DNA from: the human T2T-CHM13v2.0 reference genome, Homo sapiens | Strand: one strand, 5' to 3' | NCBI RefSeq assembly: GCF_009914755.1 | Contig: NC_060933.1 | Length of the DNA: 64,000 nucleotides | Shown: positions 1 to 12,800 of the stretch, piece after piece | How the letters are laid out: each line of letters starts with the position of its first letter | How positions within the stretch are numbered: the stretch's first letter is position 1 | Program-made: the position numbers and the translations under genes | The notes under the pieces: generated by a model | Seen by the model: the letters and a program-made list of their open reading frames with translations, nothing else | Databases searched by the model: none | What the model was told of the DNA's origin: nothing

Positions 1-691
1 TGGAATGGAATGGAATTAACCCGAATACAATGGAATGGACTAGAATGGAACGGAATGGAGTGGAATGGAATGGAATCAACCCGAGTGCAGGGGAATGGAA
101 TGGAATGGAATGCAATGGAATGGAATCATCCGGAATGGAATGGAATGGAATGGAATGCAAAGCAATGGAATCAACTCGATTGCAATGGAATGGAATGGAA
201 TGGAAAGGAATAGAACGGAATCAACCCGAGTGTAATGGAATGGAAAGGACTGGAATGGAGTGGAATGGAATGGAATGGAATGGAATGGAATCAACTCGAT
301 TGGAATGGAATGGAATGGAATGGAAAGTAATGGAATGGAATTAACCCGAATAGAATGGAATGGAATGGAATGGAACGGAATGGAATGGAATGGAATGGAA
401 TGGAATCAACCCGACTGCAGGGGAATGGAATGGAATGGAATGCAATAGAATGGAATCATCCGGAACGGAATGGAATGGAATGGAATGGAATCAACTCGAT
501 TGCAATCGAATGGAATGGAATGGAATTAACCCGAATAGAATGGAATGGAATGGAATGGAACGGAACGGAATGGAATGGAATGGAATGGAATCAAATGGAA
601 CGGAACGGAACGGAATGGAATGGAATGGAATGGAATGGAATGGAATCAACGCGAGTGCAGGGGAATGGAATGGAATGGAATGCAATGGAAT

Positions 692-706
692 GGAATCTTC
701 CGGAAT
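692..706. promoter_or_regulatory. Canonical 3-unit heat-shock element (nGAAn-nTTCn-nGAAn); first of ~40 copies
   Basis: GGAAT CTTCC GGAAT matches the HSE consensus. It recurs at e.g. 3164, 5472, 6325, 7163, 8975, 11166, 12983, 17755, 18389, 19528, 22272, 55782 and 63598. The motif match is direct; occupancy is not shown. Confidence 0.6.
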
Positions 707-730
707 GGAATGGAATGGAATGGAATGGAA

Positions 731-850
731 TGGAATGAAATGCAATGGATTCAACTCGATTGCAATGGAATGGAATGGAATGGAATGGAATGGAATGAAA
801 TGCAATGGATTCAACTCGATTGCAATGGAATGGAATAGATTGGAATGGAA
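731..850 (+). repeat. 60-bp local tandem duplication
   Basis: TGGAATGAAATGCAATGGATTCAACTCGATTGCAAT at 731 and again at 791. Confidence 0.85.
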
Positions 851-1899
851 TGGAATGGAATTAACCCGAATAGAATGGAATGGAATGGAATGGAACGGAA
901 TGGAACGGAATGGAATGGAATGGAATGGAATGGAATGGAATGGAATGGAATGGAATGGAATGGAATCAACGCGAGTGCAGGGGAATGTAATGGAACGGAA
1001 TGCAATGGAACGGAATCATCCGGAATGGAATGGAATGGAATGCAACCAACCCGAGTGCAATGGAATGGAGTGGAATGGAATGGAATGGAATGGAACAACC
1101 CGAATGGAATGGAATGTAATGGAGAGTAATGGAGTTGAATAGAATCAATCCGAATGTAATGGAATGGAATGCAACGGATTGGAATGGAATGGAATGCAAT
1201 GGAATGGAATCAACCCGAGTACAATAGAATGGAATGGAATGGAATGGAATGGAATGGAATGCCTTCAAACCGAATGGAATGGAAAGGAATGGAATCAACA
1301 CGAGTGGAATGTAATGGAATGGAATGGAAGGGAATGGAATGGAATGGAATGGAATGATACGGAACAGAATGGAATGGAAAGAATTGGAATGGAATGGAAT
1401 GGAATGGAATGGAATGGAATGGAATGGAATGGAATGGAATCGTTCCGAGTAGAATAGGAGGGAATGTATTCGAGTGGAATGGAAAGGAATGGAATCACCC
1501 AGAGTGGAATGGAAGAGAATGGAATGGAATGGAAACTAATAGAATGGAATCAACCCGAGTGGAATGGAATGGAAAGGACTGGAATGGAATGGAATGGAAT
1601 GGAATGGAATGGAATGAAATGGAATGGAATCAACACGATTGGAATGGAATGTAATGGAATGGAATGGAATGAAATGGAATGGAATCAACTCGATTGCAAT
1701 GGAATGGAATGGAATGGAATGAAATGGAATGGAATTAACCCGAATACAATGGAATGGAATGGAATGGAATGGTACGGAATGGAGTGGAATGGAATGGAAT
1801 CAACCAGAGTGCAGGGGAATGTAATAGAACGGAATGCAATGGAATGGAATCATCCGGAACGGAATGGAATGGAATGGAATGGAATGGAATGGAATGGAA

Positions 1900-3745
1900 T
1901 GGAATCAACCCGAGTGTAATGGAATGGAGAGGAATGGAATGGAATGGAATGGAAACTACCCGAATGGAATGGAATGTAATGGAGCGTAAGGGAATTGAAT
2001 AGAATCAATCCGAATGGAATGGAATGGAATGGAACGGAATGTAATGGAATGGAATGAAATGGAATCAACCCGAGTGCAGGCGAATGGAATGGAATGGAAT
2101 GCAATGGAATGGAATCATCCGGAATGGAATGGAATGGAATGCAATGGAATGGAATGGAATGGAATCAACCCGAGTGCAATGGAATGGAGTGAAATGGAAT
2201 GGAATGGAATGGAAACAACCAGAATGGATTGGAATATATTGGAGTGTAAGGGAATGGCATAGAATCAATCTGAATGTAATGAAATGGAATGGAACGGAAT
2301 GGAATGGAATGGAATGGAATGCAATGGAATGGAATCAACCCGAGTGCAATCGAATGGAATCGAATGGAATGGAATGCAATGGAATGGATTCAACTTGAAT
2401 GGAAAGGAAAGAATGGAATCAACACGAGTGGAATGGCATGGATTGGAATGGAATGGAATGGAATCAACCCGAGTACAGGGGAATGGAATGGAATGGAATG
2501 CAATAGAATGGAATCATTAGTAATGGAATGGAAAGGAATGGAAAGGACTGGAATGGAATGGAATGTAATGGAATGGAATGGAATCAACTCGATTGCAATC
2601 GAATGGTATGGAATGGAATGGAATCAACTCGATTGCAATCGAATGGAATGGAATGGAATTAACCCGAATAGAATGGAATGGAATGGTATGGAACGGAACG
2701 GAATGGAATGGAATGGAATGGAATGGAACGGAAAGGAATGGAATGGAATGGAATGGAATGGAATGGAATGGAATGGAATTAACGCGCGTGCAGGGGAATG
2801 GAATGGAATCGAATGGAATGGAAAGGAATGGAATGGAATCAACCCGAGTGCAGGGGAATGTAATGGAACGGAATGCAATGGAATGGAATCATCCGGAATG
2901 GAATGGAATGGAATCAACCCGAGTGCAATGGAATGGAGTGGAATGGAATGGAATGGAATTGAACAACCCGAATGGAATGGAATGTAATGGAGAGTAAGGG
3001 AGTTGAAAAGAATCAATCCGAATGTAATGGAATGGAATGGAACGGAATGGAATGGAATGGAATGGAATGCAATGGAATGGAATCAACCCGAGTACAATGG
3101 AATGGAATGGAATGGAATAGAATGGAATGGAATGGAATGGAATGGAATGGAATGCAATGGAATGGAATCTTCCGGAATGGAATGGAATGGAATGGAATGG
3201 AATGGAATGCAATGGATTCAACTCGATTGCAATGGAATGGAATAGAATGGAATGGAATGGAATGGAATGGAATGGAATTAAACCGAATAGAATGGAATGG
3301 AATGGAATGGAACGGAACAGAACGGAAAGGAACGGAACGGAGTGGAATGGAATGGAATGGAATTGTATGGAATGGAATGGAATGGTACGGAATAGAATGG
3401 AATGGAAAGAATTGGAATGGAATGGAATCGAATGGAATGGAATGGAATGGAATGGATTGGAATCAACCCGAGTGCAAGGGAATGTAATGGGACGGAATGC
3501 AATGGAATGGAATCATCCGGAATGGAATGGAATGGAATGGAATGGAATGGAATGGAATGGAATCAACCCGAGCGCAATGGAATGGAGTGGAATGGAATGG
3601 AATGGAATGGAACAACCCGAATGGAATGGAATGTAATGGAGAGTAAGGGAGTTGAATTGAATCAATCCGAATGTAATGGAATGGAACGGAATGGAATGGA
3701 AGGGAATGGAATGGAATGGAATGGAATGGAATGGAATGCAATGGA
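1900..3745 (+). repeat. ~1.8-kb segment duplicated at ~37810-39630 (offset ~35.9 kb)
   Basis: Shared private variants: GGAGCGTAAG (1981/37889), AATATATTGG, doubled CAACTCGATT, CGCGCGTG, GGGACGG. ORF starts are offset by 35908 (2014/37922, 2284/38192, 2624/38532, 3003/38911). Confidence 0.9.
2581..2660 (+). repeat. 40-bp local tandem duplication
   Basis: GAATCAACTCGATTGCAATCGAATGG at 2581 and 2621; also present in the paralogous copy near 38490-38570. Confidence 0.85.
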
Positions 3746-4960
3746 ATGGAATCAACCCGAGTACAAAGGAACGGAATGTAATGTAATGTAATGTAATGGA
3801 ATGGAATGGAATGGAATGGAATGGAATGGAATGGAATGGAATCAACCCGAGTGCAATGGAATGGAGAGGAATGGAATGGAATGGAATGCAATGGAATGGA
3901 ATCATCCGGAATGGAAAGGAATGGAATGGAATGCCAAGCAATGGAATCAACTCGATTGCAATGGAATGGAATGGAATGGAAAGGAATACATTGGAATCAA
4001 CCCGAGTGGAATGGAATGGAAAGGACTGGAATGGAGTGGAATGCAATGGAATGGAATGGAATGGAATCAACTCGATTGGAATGGAATGGAATGGAATGGA
4101 ATGGAATGGAATGGAATGGAATTAACCCGAATAGAATGGAATGGAATGGAATGGAACGGATCGGAATGGAATGGAATGGAATGGAATGGAAGGGAATGGA
4201 ATGGAATGGAAACAACCCGACTGCAGGGGAATGGAATGGAATGGAATGGAATGGAAGGACACGGAATAGAATACAATGGAACGAAATGGAATGGAATGGA
4301 ATGGAATTGAATGGAATGGAATGGAATGGAATGGAATGGAATCGTTCCGAGTGGAATAGGAGGGAATGTATTCGAGTGGAATGGAAAGGAATGGAATCAA
4401 CCAGAGTGGAATGGAAGGGAATGGAATGGAATGGAAACTAATAGAATGGAATCAACCCGAGTGGAATGGAATGGAAAGGACTGGAATGGAATGGAATGGA
4501 ATGGAATCAACTCGATTGTAATGGAATGGACTGGAATGGAATGGAATGGAATGGAATGGAATGGAATTAACCCGAATACAATGCAATGGAATGGAATGCA
4601 ACGGAATGGAGTGGAATGGAATGGAATCAACCCGAGTGCAGGGGAATGGAATGGAATGGAATGCAATGGAATGGAATCATCCGGAATGGAATGGAATGGA
4701 ATGGAATGCAAAGCAATGGAATCAACTCGATTGCAATGGAATGGAATGGAATGGAAAGGAATACATTGGAATCAACCCCAGTGGAATGGAATGGAAAGGA
4801 CTGGAATGGAGTGGAATGGAATGGAATGGAATGGAATGGAATCAACTCGATTGGAATGGAATGGAATGGAATGGAATGGAATGGAATGGAATTAAACCGA
4901 ATAGAATGGAATGGAATGGAATGGAACGGAACGGAATGGAATGGAATGGAATGGAATGGA

Positions 4961-5040
4961 ATGGAAACAACCCGACAGCAGGGGAATGGAATGGAATGGA
5001 ATGGAAACAACCCGACTGCAGGGGAATGGAATGGAATGGA
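4961..5040 (+). repeat. 40-bp local tandem duplication
   Basis: ATGGAAACAACCCGAC(A/T)GCAGGGGAAT at 4961 and 5001. Confidence 0.85.
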
Positions 5041-6849
5041 ATGCAAAGGAATGGATTCAACTTGAATGAAATGGAAAGAATGGAATCAACACGAGTGGAA
5101 TGGCATGGATTGGAATGGAATGGAATGGAATCAACCCGAGTACAGAGGAATGGAATGGAATGGAATGCAATGGAATGGAATTATCCGTAATGGAATGGAA
5201 AGGAATGGAATGGAATGGAATGGAATGGAATGGAATCAACTCGATTGCAATTGAACGAAATGGAATGGAATTAACCCGAATAGAATGGAATGGAATGGAA
5301 TGGAATGGAACGGAACGGAATGGAATGGATTGGAATGGAATGGAATGGAATGGAATGGAACGGAAAGGAATGGAATGGAATGGAATGGAATGGAATGGAA
5401 TGGAATGGAATGGAATGGAATGGAATCAACGCGAGTGCAGGGCAATGGAATGGAATGGAATGCAATGGAATGGAATCTTCCGGAATGGAATGGAATGGAA
5501 TGGAATGGAATGGAATGGAATGGAATAAACCCGAGTGCAATGGAATGGAGTGAAATGGAATGGAATGGAATGGAACAACCCGAATGGAATGGAATGTAAT
5601 GGAGAGTAAGGGAGTTGAATAGAATCAATCCGAATGTAATGGAATGGAATGGAACGGAATGGAATTGAATGGAATGGAATGGAATGGAATGGAATGGAAT
5701 CAACCCGAGTTCAATGGAATGGAGACAAATGGAATGGAATGGAATGGAAACTACCCGAATGGAATGGAATGTAATGGAGTCTAAGGGAATTGAATACAAT
5801 CAATCCGAATGTAATGGAATGGAATGGAACGGAATGGAATGGAATGAAATGGAATGGAATGGAATGGAATGCAGTGGAATGGAATCAACCCGAGTGCAAT
5901 CGAATGGAATCGAATGGAATGGAATGCAATGGAATGGATTCAACTTGAATGGAATGGAAAGAATGGAATCAACACGAGTGGAACGGCATGGATTGGAATG
6001 TAATGGAATGGAATCAACCCGAGTACAGCGGAATGGAATGGAATGGAATGCAATGGAATGGAATCATCCGTAATGGAATGGAAAGGAATGGAATGGAATG
6101 GAATGGAATGGAATGGAATCAACTCGATTGCAATCGAATGGAATGGAGTGGAATTAACCCGAATAGAATGGAATGGAATGGAATGGAACGGAACGGAACG
6201 GAATGGAATGGAATGGAATGGAATGGAATGGAACGGAAAGGAAGGGAATGGAATGGAATAGAATGGAATGGAATGGAATCAACGCGAGTGCAGGAGAATG
6301 GAATGGAATGGAATGCAATGGAATGGAATCTTCCGGAATGGAATGGAATGGAATGGAATGGAATTGAATGGAATCAACCCGATTGCAATGGAATGGAGTG
6401 GAATGGAATGGAATGGAATGGAACAACCCGAATGGAATGGAATGTAATGGAGAGTAAGGGAGCTGAATAGAATCAATCAGAATGTAATGGAATGGAATGG
6501 AACGGAATGGAATTGAATGGAATGGAATGGAATGCAATGGAATGGAATCAACCCGAGTGCAATGGAATGGAGAGAAATGGAATGGAATGCAATGGAAACT
6601 ACCCGAATGGAATGTAATGGAGTGTAAGGGAATTGAATAGAATCAATCCGAATGTAATGGAATGGAATGGAACGGAATGGAATGGAATGGAATGGAATGG
6701 AATGGAATGGAATGCAATGGAATGGAATCAACCCGAGTGCAATCAAATGGAATCGAATGGAATGGAATGCAATGGAATGGATTCAACTTGAATGGAATGG
6801 AAAGAATGGAATCAACACGAGTGGAATGGCATGGATTGGAATGGGATGG

Positions 6850-9800
6850 AATGGAATCAACCCGAGTACAGGGGAATGGAATGGAATGGAATGCAATGGA
6901 ATGGAATCAACCGTAATGGAATGGAAAGGAATGGAATGGAATGGAATGGAATGGAATGGAGTGGAATGGAATGGAAAGGAATCAAATCGATTGCAATCGA
7001 ATGGAATGGAATGGAATTAACCCGGATAGAATGGAATGGAATGGAATGGAACGGAAAGGAATGGAATGGAATGGAATGGAATGGAATGGAATGGAACGGA
7101 ATGGAATGGAATGGAATCAACGCGAGTGCAGGGGAATGGAATGGAATGGAATGCAATGGAATGGAATCTTCCGGAATGGAATGGAATGGAATGGAATGGA
7201 ATGAAATGCAATGGAGTCAACTCGATTGCAATGGAATGGAATTGAATGGAATGGAATGGAATGGAATGGAATTAATCCGAATAGAATGGAATGGAATGCA
7301 ATGGAACGGAATGGAACGGAATTGAATGGAATGGAATGGAATGGAATTGTATGGAATGGAATGGAATGGTATGGAATAGAATGGAATGGAACGAATTGAA
7401 ATGGAATGGAATTGAATGTAATGGAATGGAACGCAATGGAATCAACGCGAGTGCAGGGGAATGTAATGGAAAGGAATGCAATGGAATGGAATCATCCGGA
7501 ATGGAATGGAATGGAATGGAATGGAATGGAATCAACCCGAGTGCAATGGAATGGAGTGGAATGGAATGGAATGGAATGGAACAACCAGAATGGAATGGAA
7601 TGTAATGGAGAGTAAGGGAGTTGAATAGAATGAATCCGAAAATAATGGAATGGAATGCAACGGAATGGAATGGAATGGAATGGAATGGAATGCAATGGAA
7701 TTGAATCAACCCGAGTACAATGGAATGGAATGGAATGGAATGGAATGGAATGGAATGATACGGAATAGAATGGAATGGAACGAAATGGAATGGAATGGAA
7801 TGGAATGGAATGGAATGGAATGGAATCAACCCGAGTGCTGGGGAATGGAATGGAATGGAATGCAATGGAATGGAATCATCCGGAATGGAATGGAATGGAA
7901 TGGAATGCAAAGCAATGGAATCAACTCGATTGCAATGGAATGGAATGGAATGGAAAGGAATACATTGGAATCAACCCGAGTGGAATGGAATGGAAAGGAC
8001 TGGAATGGACTGGAATGGAATGGAATGGAATGGAATCAACTCGATTGGAATGCAATGGAATGGAATGGAATGGAATTAACCCGAATAGAATGGAATGGAA
8101 TGGAATGGAACGGAACGGAATGGAATGGAATGGAATGGAATGGAATGGAATGGAATGGAATGGAATGGAATCAACCCGACTGCAGGGGAATGGAATGGAA
8201 TGGAAGGCAATGGAATAGATTCAACTTGAATGGAATGGAAAGAATGGAATCAACACGAGTGGAATGGCATGGATTGGAATGGAATGGAATGGAATCAACC
8301 CGAGTACAGGTGAATGGAATGGAATGGAATGCAATGGAATGGAATCATCCGTTATGGAATGGAAAGGAATGGAATGGAGTGGAATGGAATGGAATGGAAT
8401 GGAATGGAATGGAATGGAATCAACTCGATTGCAATCGAATGGAATGGAATGGAATTAACCCGAATAGAATGGAATGGAATGGAATGGAACGGAACGGAAT
8501 GGAATGGAATGGAATGGAATGGAACGGAAAGGAATGGAATGGAATGGAATGGAATGGAATGGAATGGAATGGAATCAACGCGAGTGCAGGGGAATGGAAT
8601 GGAATCGAATGGAATGGAAAGGAATGGAATGGAATCAACCCGAGTGCAGGGGAATGTAATGGAACGGAATGCAATGGAATGGAATCATCCGGAATGGAAT
8701 GGAATATAATGGAATGGAATCAACCCGAGTGCAATGGAATGGAGTGGAATGGAATGGAATGGAATGGAACAACCCGAATGGAATGGAATGTAATGGAGAG
8801 TAAGGGAGTTGAAAAGAATCAATCCGAATGTAATGGAATGGAATGGAACGGAATGGAATGGAATGGAATGGAATGGAATGGAATGGAATGCAATGGAATG
8901 GAATCAACCCAAGTACAATGGAATGGAATGGAATGGAATGGAATGGAATGGAATGGAATGGAATGCAATGGAATGGAATCTTCCGGAATGGAATGGAATG
9001 GAATGGAATGGAATGGAATGGAATGCAATGGATTCAACTCGATTGCAATGGAATGGAATAGAATGGAATGGAATGGAATGGAATGGAATGGAATTAAACC
9101 GAATAGAATGGAATGGAATGGAATGGAATGGAACAGAACGGAACGGAACGGAACGGAGTGGAAAGGAATGGAATGGAATTGTATGGAATGGAATGGAATG
9201 GTACGGAATAGAATGGAATGGAAAGAATTGGAATGGAATGGAATGGAATGGAATGGAATGGAATCAACCCAAGCGCAATGGAATGGAGTGGAATGGAATG
9301 GAATGGAATGGAACAACCCGAATGGAATGGAATGTAATGGAGAGTAAGGGAGTTGAACAGAATCAATCCGAATGTAATGGAATGGAACGGAATGGAATGG
9401 AATGGAATGGAATGGAATGGAATGGAATGGAATGCAATGGAATGGAATCAACCCGAGTACAACGGAACGGAATGTAATGTAATGTAATGTAATGGAATGG
9501 AACGGAATGGAATGGAATTGAATCAACCCGAGTGCAATGGAATGGAGAGGAATGGAATGGAATGGAATGGAAACTACCCGAATGGAATGGAATGTAATGG
9601 AGTGTAAGGGAATTGAATAGAATCAATCCGAATGGAATGGAATGGAATAGAACGGAATGTAATGTAATGGAATGGAATGGAATCAACCCGAGTGCAGGGG
9701 AATGGAATGGAATGGAATGCAATGGAATGGAATCATCCGGAATGGAATGGAATGGAATGCAATGGAATGGAATGTAATGGAATCAACCCGAGAGCAATGG

Positions 9801-12800
9801 AATGGAGTGAAATGGAATGGAATGGAATGGAGACAACCAGAATGGATTGGAATATAATGGAGTGTAAGGGAATTGAATAGAATCAATCTGAATGTAATGA
9901 AATGGAATGGAACGGAATGGAATGGAATGGAACGGAATGGAATGGAATGGAATGCAATGGAATGGAATCAACCCGAGTGCAATCGAATGGAATCGAATGG
10001 AATGGAATGCAATGGAATGGATTCAACTTGAATGGAATGGAAAGAATGGAATCAACACGAGTGGAACGGCATGGATTGGAATGGAATGGAATGGAATCAA
10101 CCCGAGTATAGGGGAATGGAATGGAATGGAATGCAATGGAATGGAATCATCCGTAATGGAATGGAAAGGAATGGAATGGAATGGAATGGAATGGAATGGA
10201 ATGGAATCAACTCGATTGCAATCGAATGGAATGGAATGGAATTAACCCGAATAGAATGGAATGGAATGGAATGGAACGGAACGGAATGGAATGGAATGGA
10301 ATGGAATGGAATGGAATGGAGTGGAACGGAAAGGAAGGGAATGGAATGGAATGGAATGGAATGGAATCAACCCGAGTGCAATGGAATGGAGTGGAATGGA
10401 ATGGAATGGAATGGAACAACCCGAATGGAATGGAATGTAATGGAGAGTAAGGGAGTTGAATAGAATCAATCCGAATGTAATGGAATGGAATGGAACGCAA
10501 TGGAATTGAATGGAATGGAATGGAATGCAATGGAATGGAATCAACCCGAGTGCAATGGAATGGAGAGGAATGGAATGGAATGGAATGGAAACTACCCGAA
10601 TGGAATGGAATGTAATGGAGTGTAAGGGAATTGAATAGAATCAATCCGAATGTAATGGAATGGTATGGAACGGAATGGAATGGAATGGAATGGAATGGAA
10701 TGGAATGGAATGCAATGGAATGGAATCAACCCGAGTGCAATCGAATGGAATCGAATGGAATGGAATGCAATGGAATGGATTCAACTTGAATGGAATGGAA
10801 AGAATGGAATCAACACGAGTGGAATGGCATGGATTGGAATGGAATGGAATGGAATCAACCCGAGTACAGGGGAATGGAATGGAATGGAATGCAATGGAAT
10901 GGAATCAACCGTAATGGAATGGAAAGGAATGGAATGGAATGGAATGGAATGGAATGGAATGGAGTGGAATGGAATGGAAAGGAATCAAATCGATTGCAAT
11001 CGAATGGAATGGAATGGAATTAACCCGGATAGAATGGAATGGAATGGAATGGAACGGAACGGAATGGAATGGAATGGAATGGAATGGAATGGAATGGAAC
11101 GGAATGGAATGGAATGGAATCAACGCGAGTGCAGGGGAATGGAATGGAATGGAATGCAATGGAATGGAATCTTCCGGAATGGAATGGAATGGAATGGAAT
11201 GGAATGAAATGCAATGGAGTCAACTCGATTGCAATGGAATGGAATAGAATGGAATGGAATGGAATGGAATGGAATTAATCCGAATAGAATGGATTGGAAT
11301 GCAATGGAACGGAATGGAACGGAATTGAATGGAATGGAATGGAATGGAATTGTATGGAATGGAATGGAATGGTATGGAATAGAATGGAATGGAACGAATT
11401 GAAATGGAATGGAATTGAATGTAATGGAATGGAACGCAATGGAATCAACGCGAGTGCAGGGGAATGTAATGGAAAGGAATGCAATGGAATGGAATCATCC
11501 GGAATGGAATGGAATGGAATGGAATGGAATGGAATCAACCCGAGTGCAATGGAATGGAGTGGAATGGAATGGAATGGAATGGAACAACCAGAATGGAATG
11601 GAATGTAATGGAGAGTAAGGGAGTTGAATAGAATGAATCCGAAAATAATGGAATGGAATGCAACGGAATGGAATGGAATGGAATGGAATGGAATGCAATG
11701 GAATTGAATCAACCCGAGTACAATGGAATGGAATGGAATGGAATGGAATGGAATGGAATGATACGGAATAGAATGGAATGGAACGAAATGGAATGGAATG
11801 AAATGGAATGGAATGGAATGGAATGGAATCAACCCGAGTGCTGGGGAATGGAATGGAATGGAATGCAATGGAATGGAATCATCCGGAATGGAATGGAATG
11901 GAATGGAATGCAAAGCAATGGAATCAACTCGATTGCAATGGAATGGAATGGAATGGAAAGGAATACATTGGAATCAACCCGAGTGGAATGGAATGGAAAG
12001 GACTGGAATGGACTGGAATGGAATGGAATGGAATGGAATCAACTCGATTGGAATGCAATGGAATGGAATGGAATGGAATTAACCCGAATAGAATGGAATG
12101 GAATGGAATGGAACGGAACGGAATGGAATGGAATGGAATGGAATGGAATGGAATGGAATGGAATGGAATGGAATCAACCCGACTGCAGGGGAATGGAATG
12201 GAATGGAAGGCAATGGAATAGATTCAACTTGAATGGAATGGAAAGAATGGAATCAACACGAGTGGAATGGCATGGATTGGAATGGAATGGAATGGAATCA
12301 ACCCGAGTACAGGTGAATGGAATGGAATGGAATGCAATGGAATGGAATCATCCGTTATGGAATGGAAAGGAATGGAATGGAGTGGAATGGAATGGAATGG
12401 AATGGAATGGAATGGAATGGAATCAACTCGATTGCAATCGAATGGAATGGAATGGAATTAACCCGAATAGAATGGAATGGAATGGAATGGAACGGAACGG
12501 AATGGAATGGAATGGAATGGAATGGAACGGAAAGGAATGGAATGGAATGGAATGGAATGGAATGGAATGGAATGGAATGGAATCAACGCGAGTGCAGGGG
12601 AATGGAATGGAATCGAATGGAATGGAAAGGAATGGAATGGAATCAACCCGAGTGCAGGGGAATGTAATGGAACGGAATGCAATGGAATGGAATCATCCGG
12701 AATGGAATGGAATATAATGGAATGGAATCAACCCGAGTGCAATGGAATGGAGTGGAATGGAATGGAATGGAATGGAACAACCCGAATGGAATGGAATGTA

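Noticed and set aside
86-96. G-quadruplex from GCAGGGGAAT words
   Set aside because: G-runs of three or more are isolated, usually tens to hundreds of bases apart, and do not meet the four-tract pattern.
698-705. TTCCGGAA as a STAT (GAS) or ETS site
   Set aside because: Typical GAS spacing is TTC-N3-GAA rather than N2, and the ETS core prefers GGAAG/GGAAA flanks. The HSE reading fits better.
1441-1545. Most complex-looking stretch (CGTTCCGAGT...AGGAGGG...GTATTCGAGT...CTAAT) as an insertion or ribosome-binding site
   Set aside because: It stays in pentamer register, decomposes into diverged satellite words and recurs about 18 times. AGGAGG resembles a Shine-Dalgarno only by chance in a eukaryotic satellite.
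7650-9347. Longest ORF (565 aa, MEWNG repeats)
   Set aside because: (GGAAT)n has no stop codon in any frame and contains ATG every 5 bp. The near-identical duplicate is split by a 5-bp insertion (11653-12717 and 12477-13355), so the frame is not conserved.
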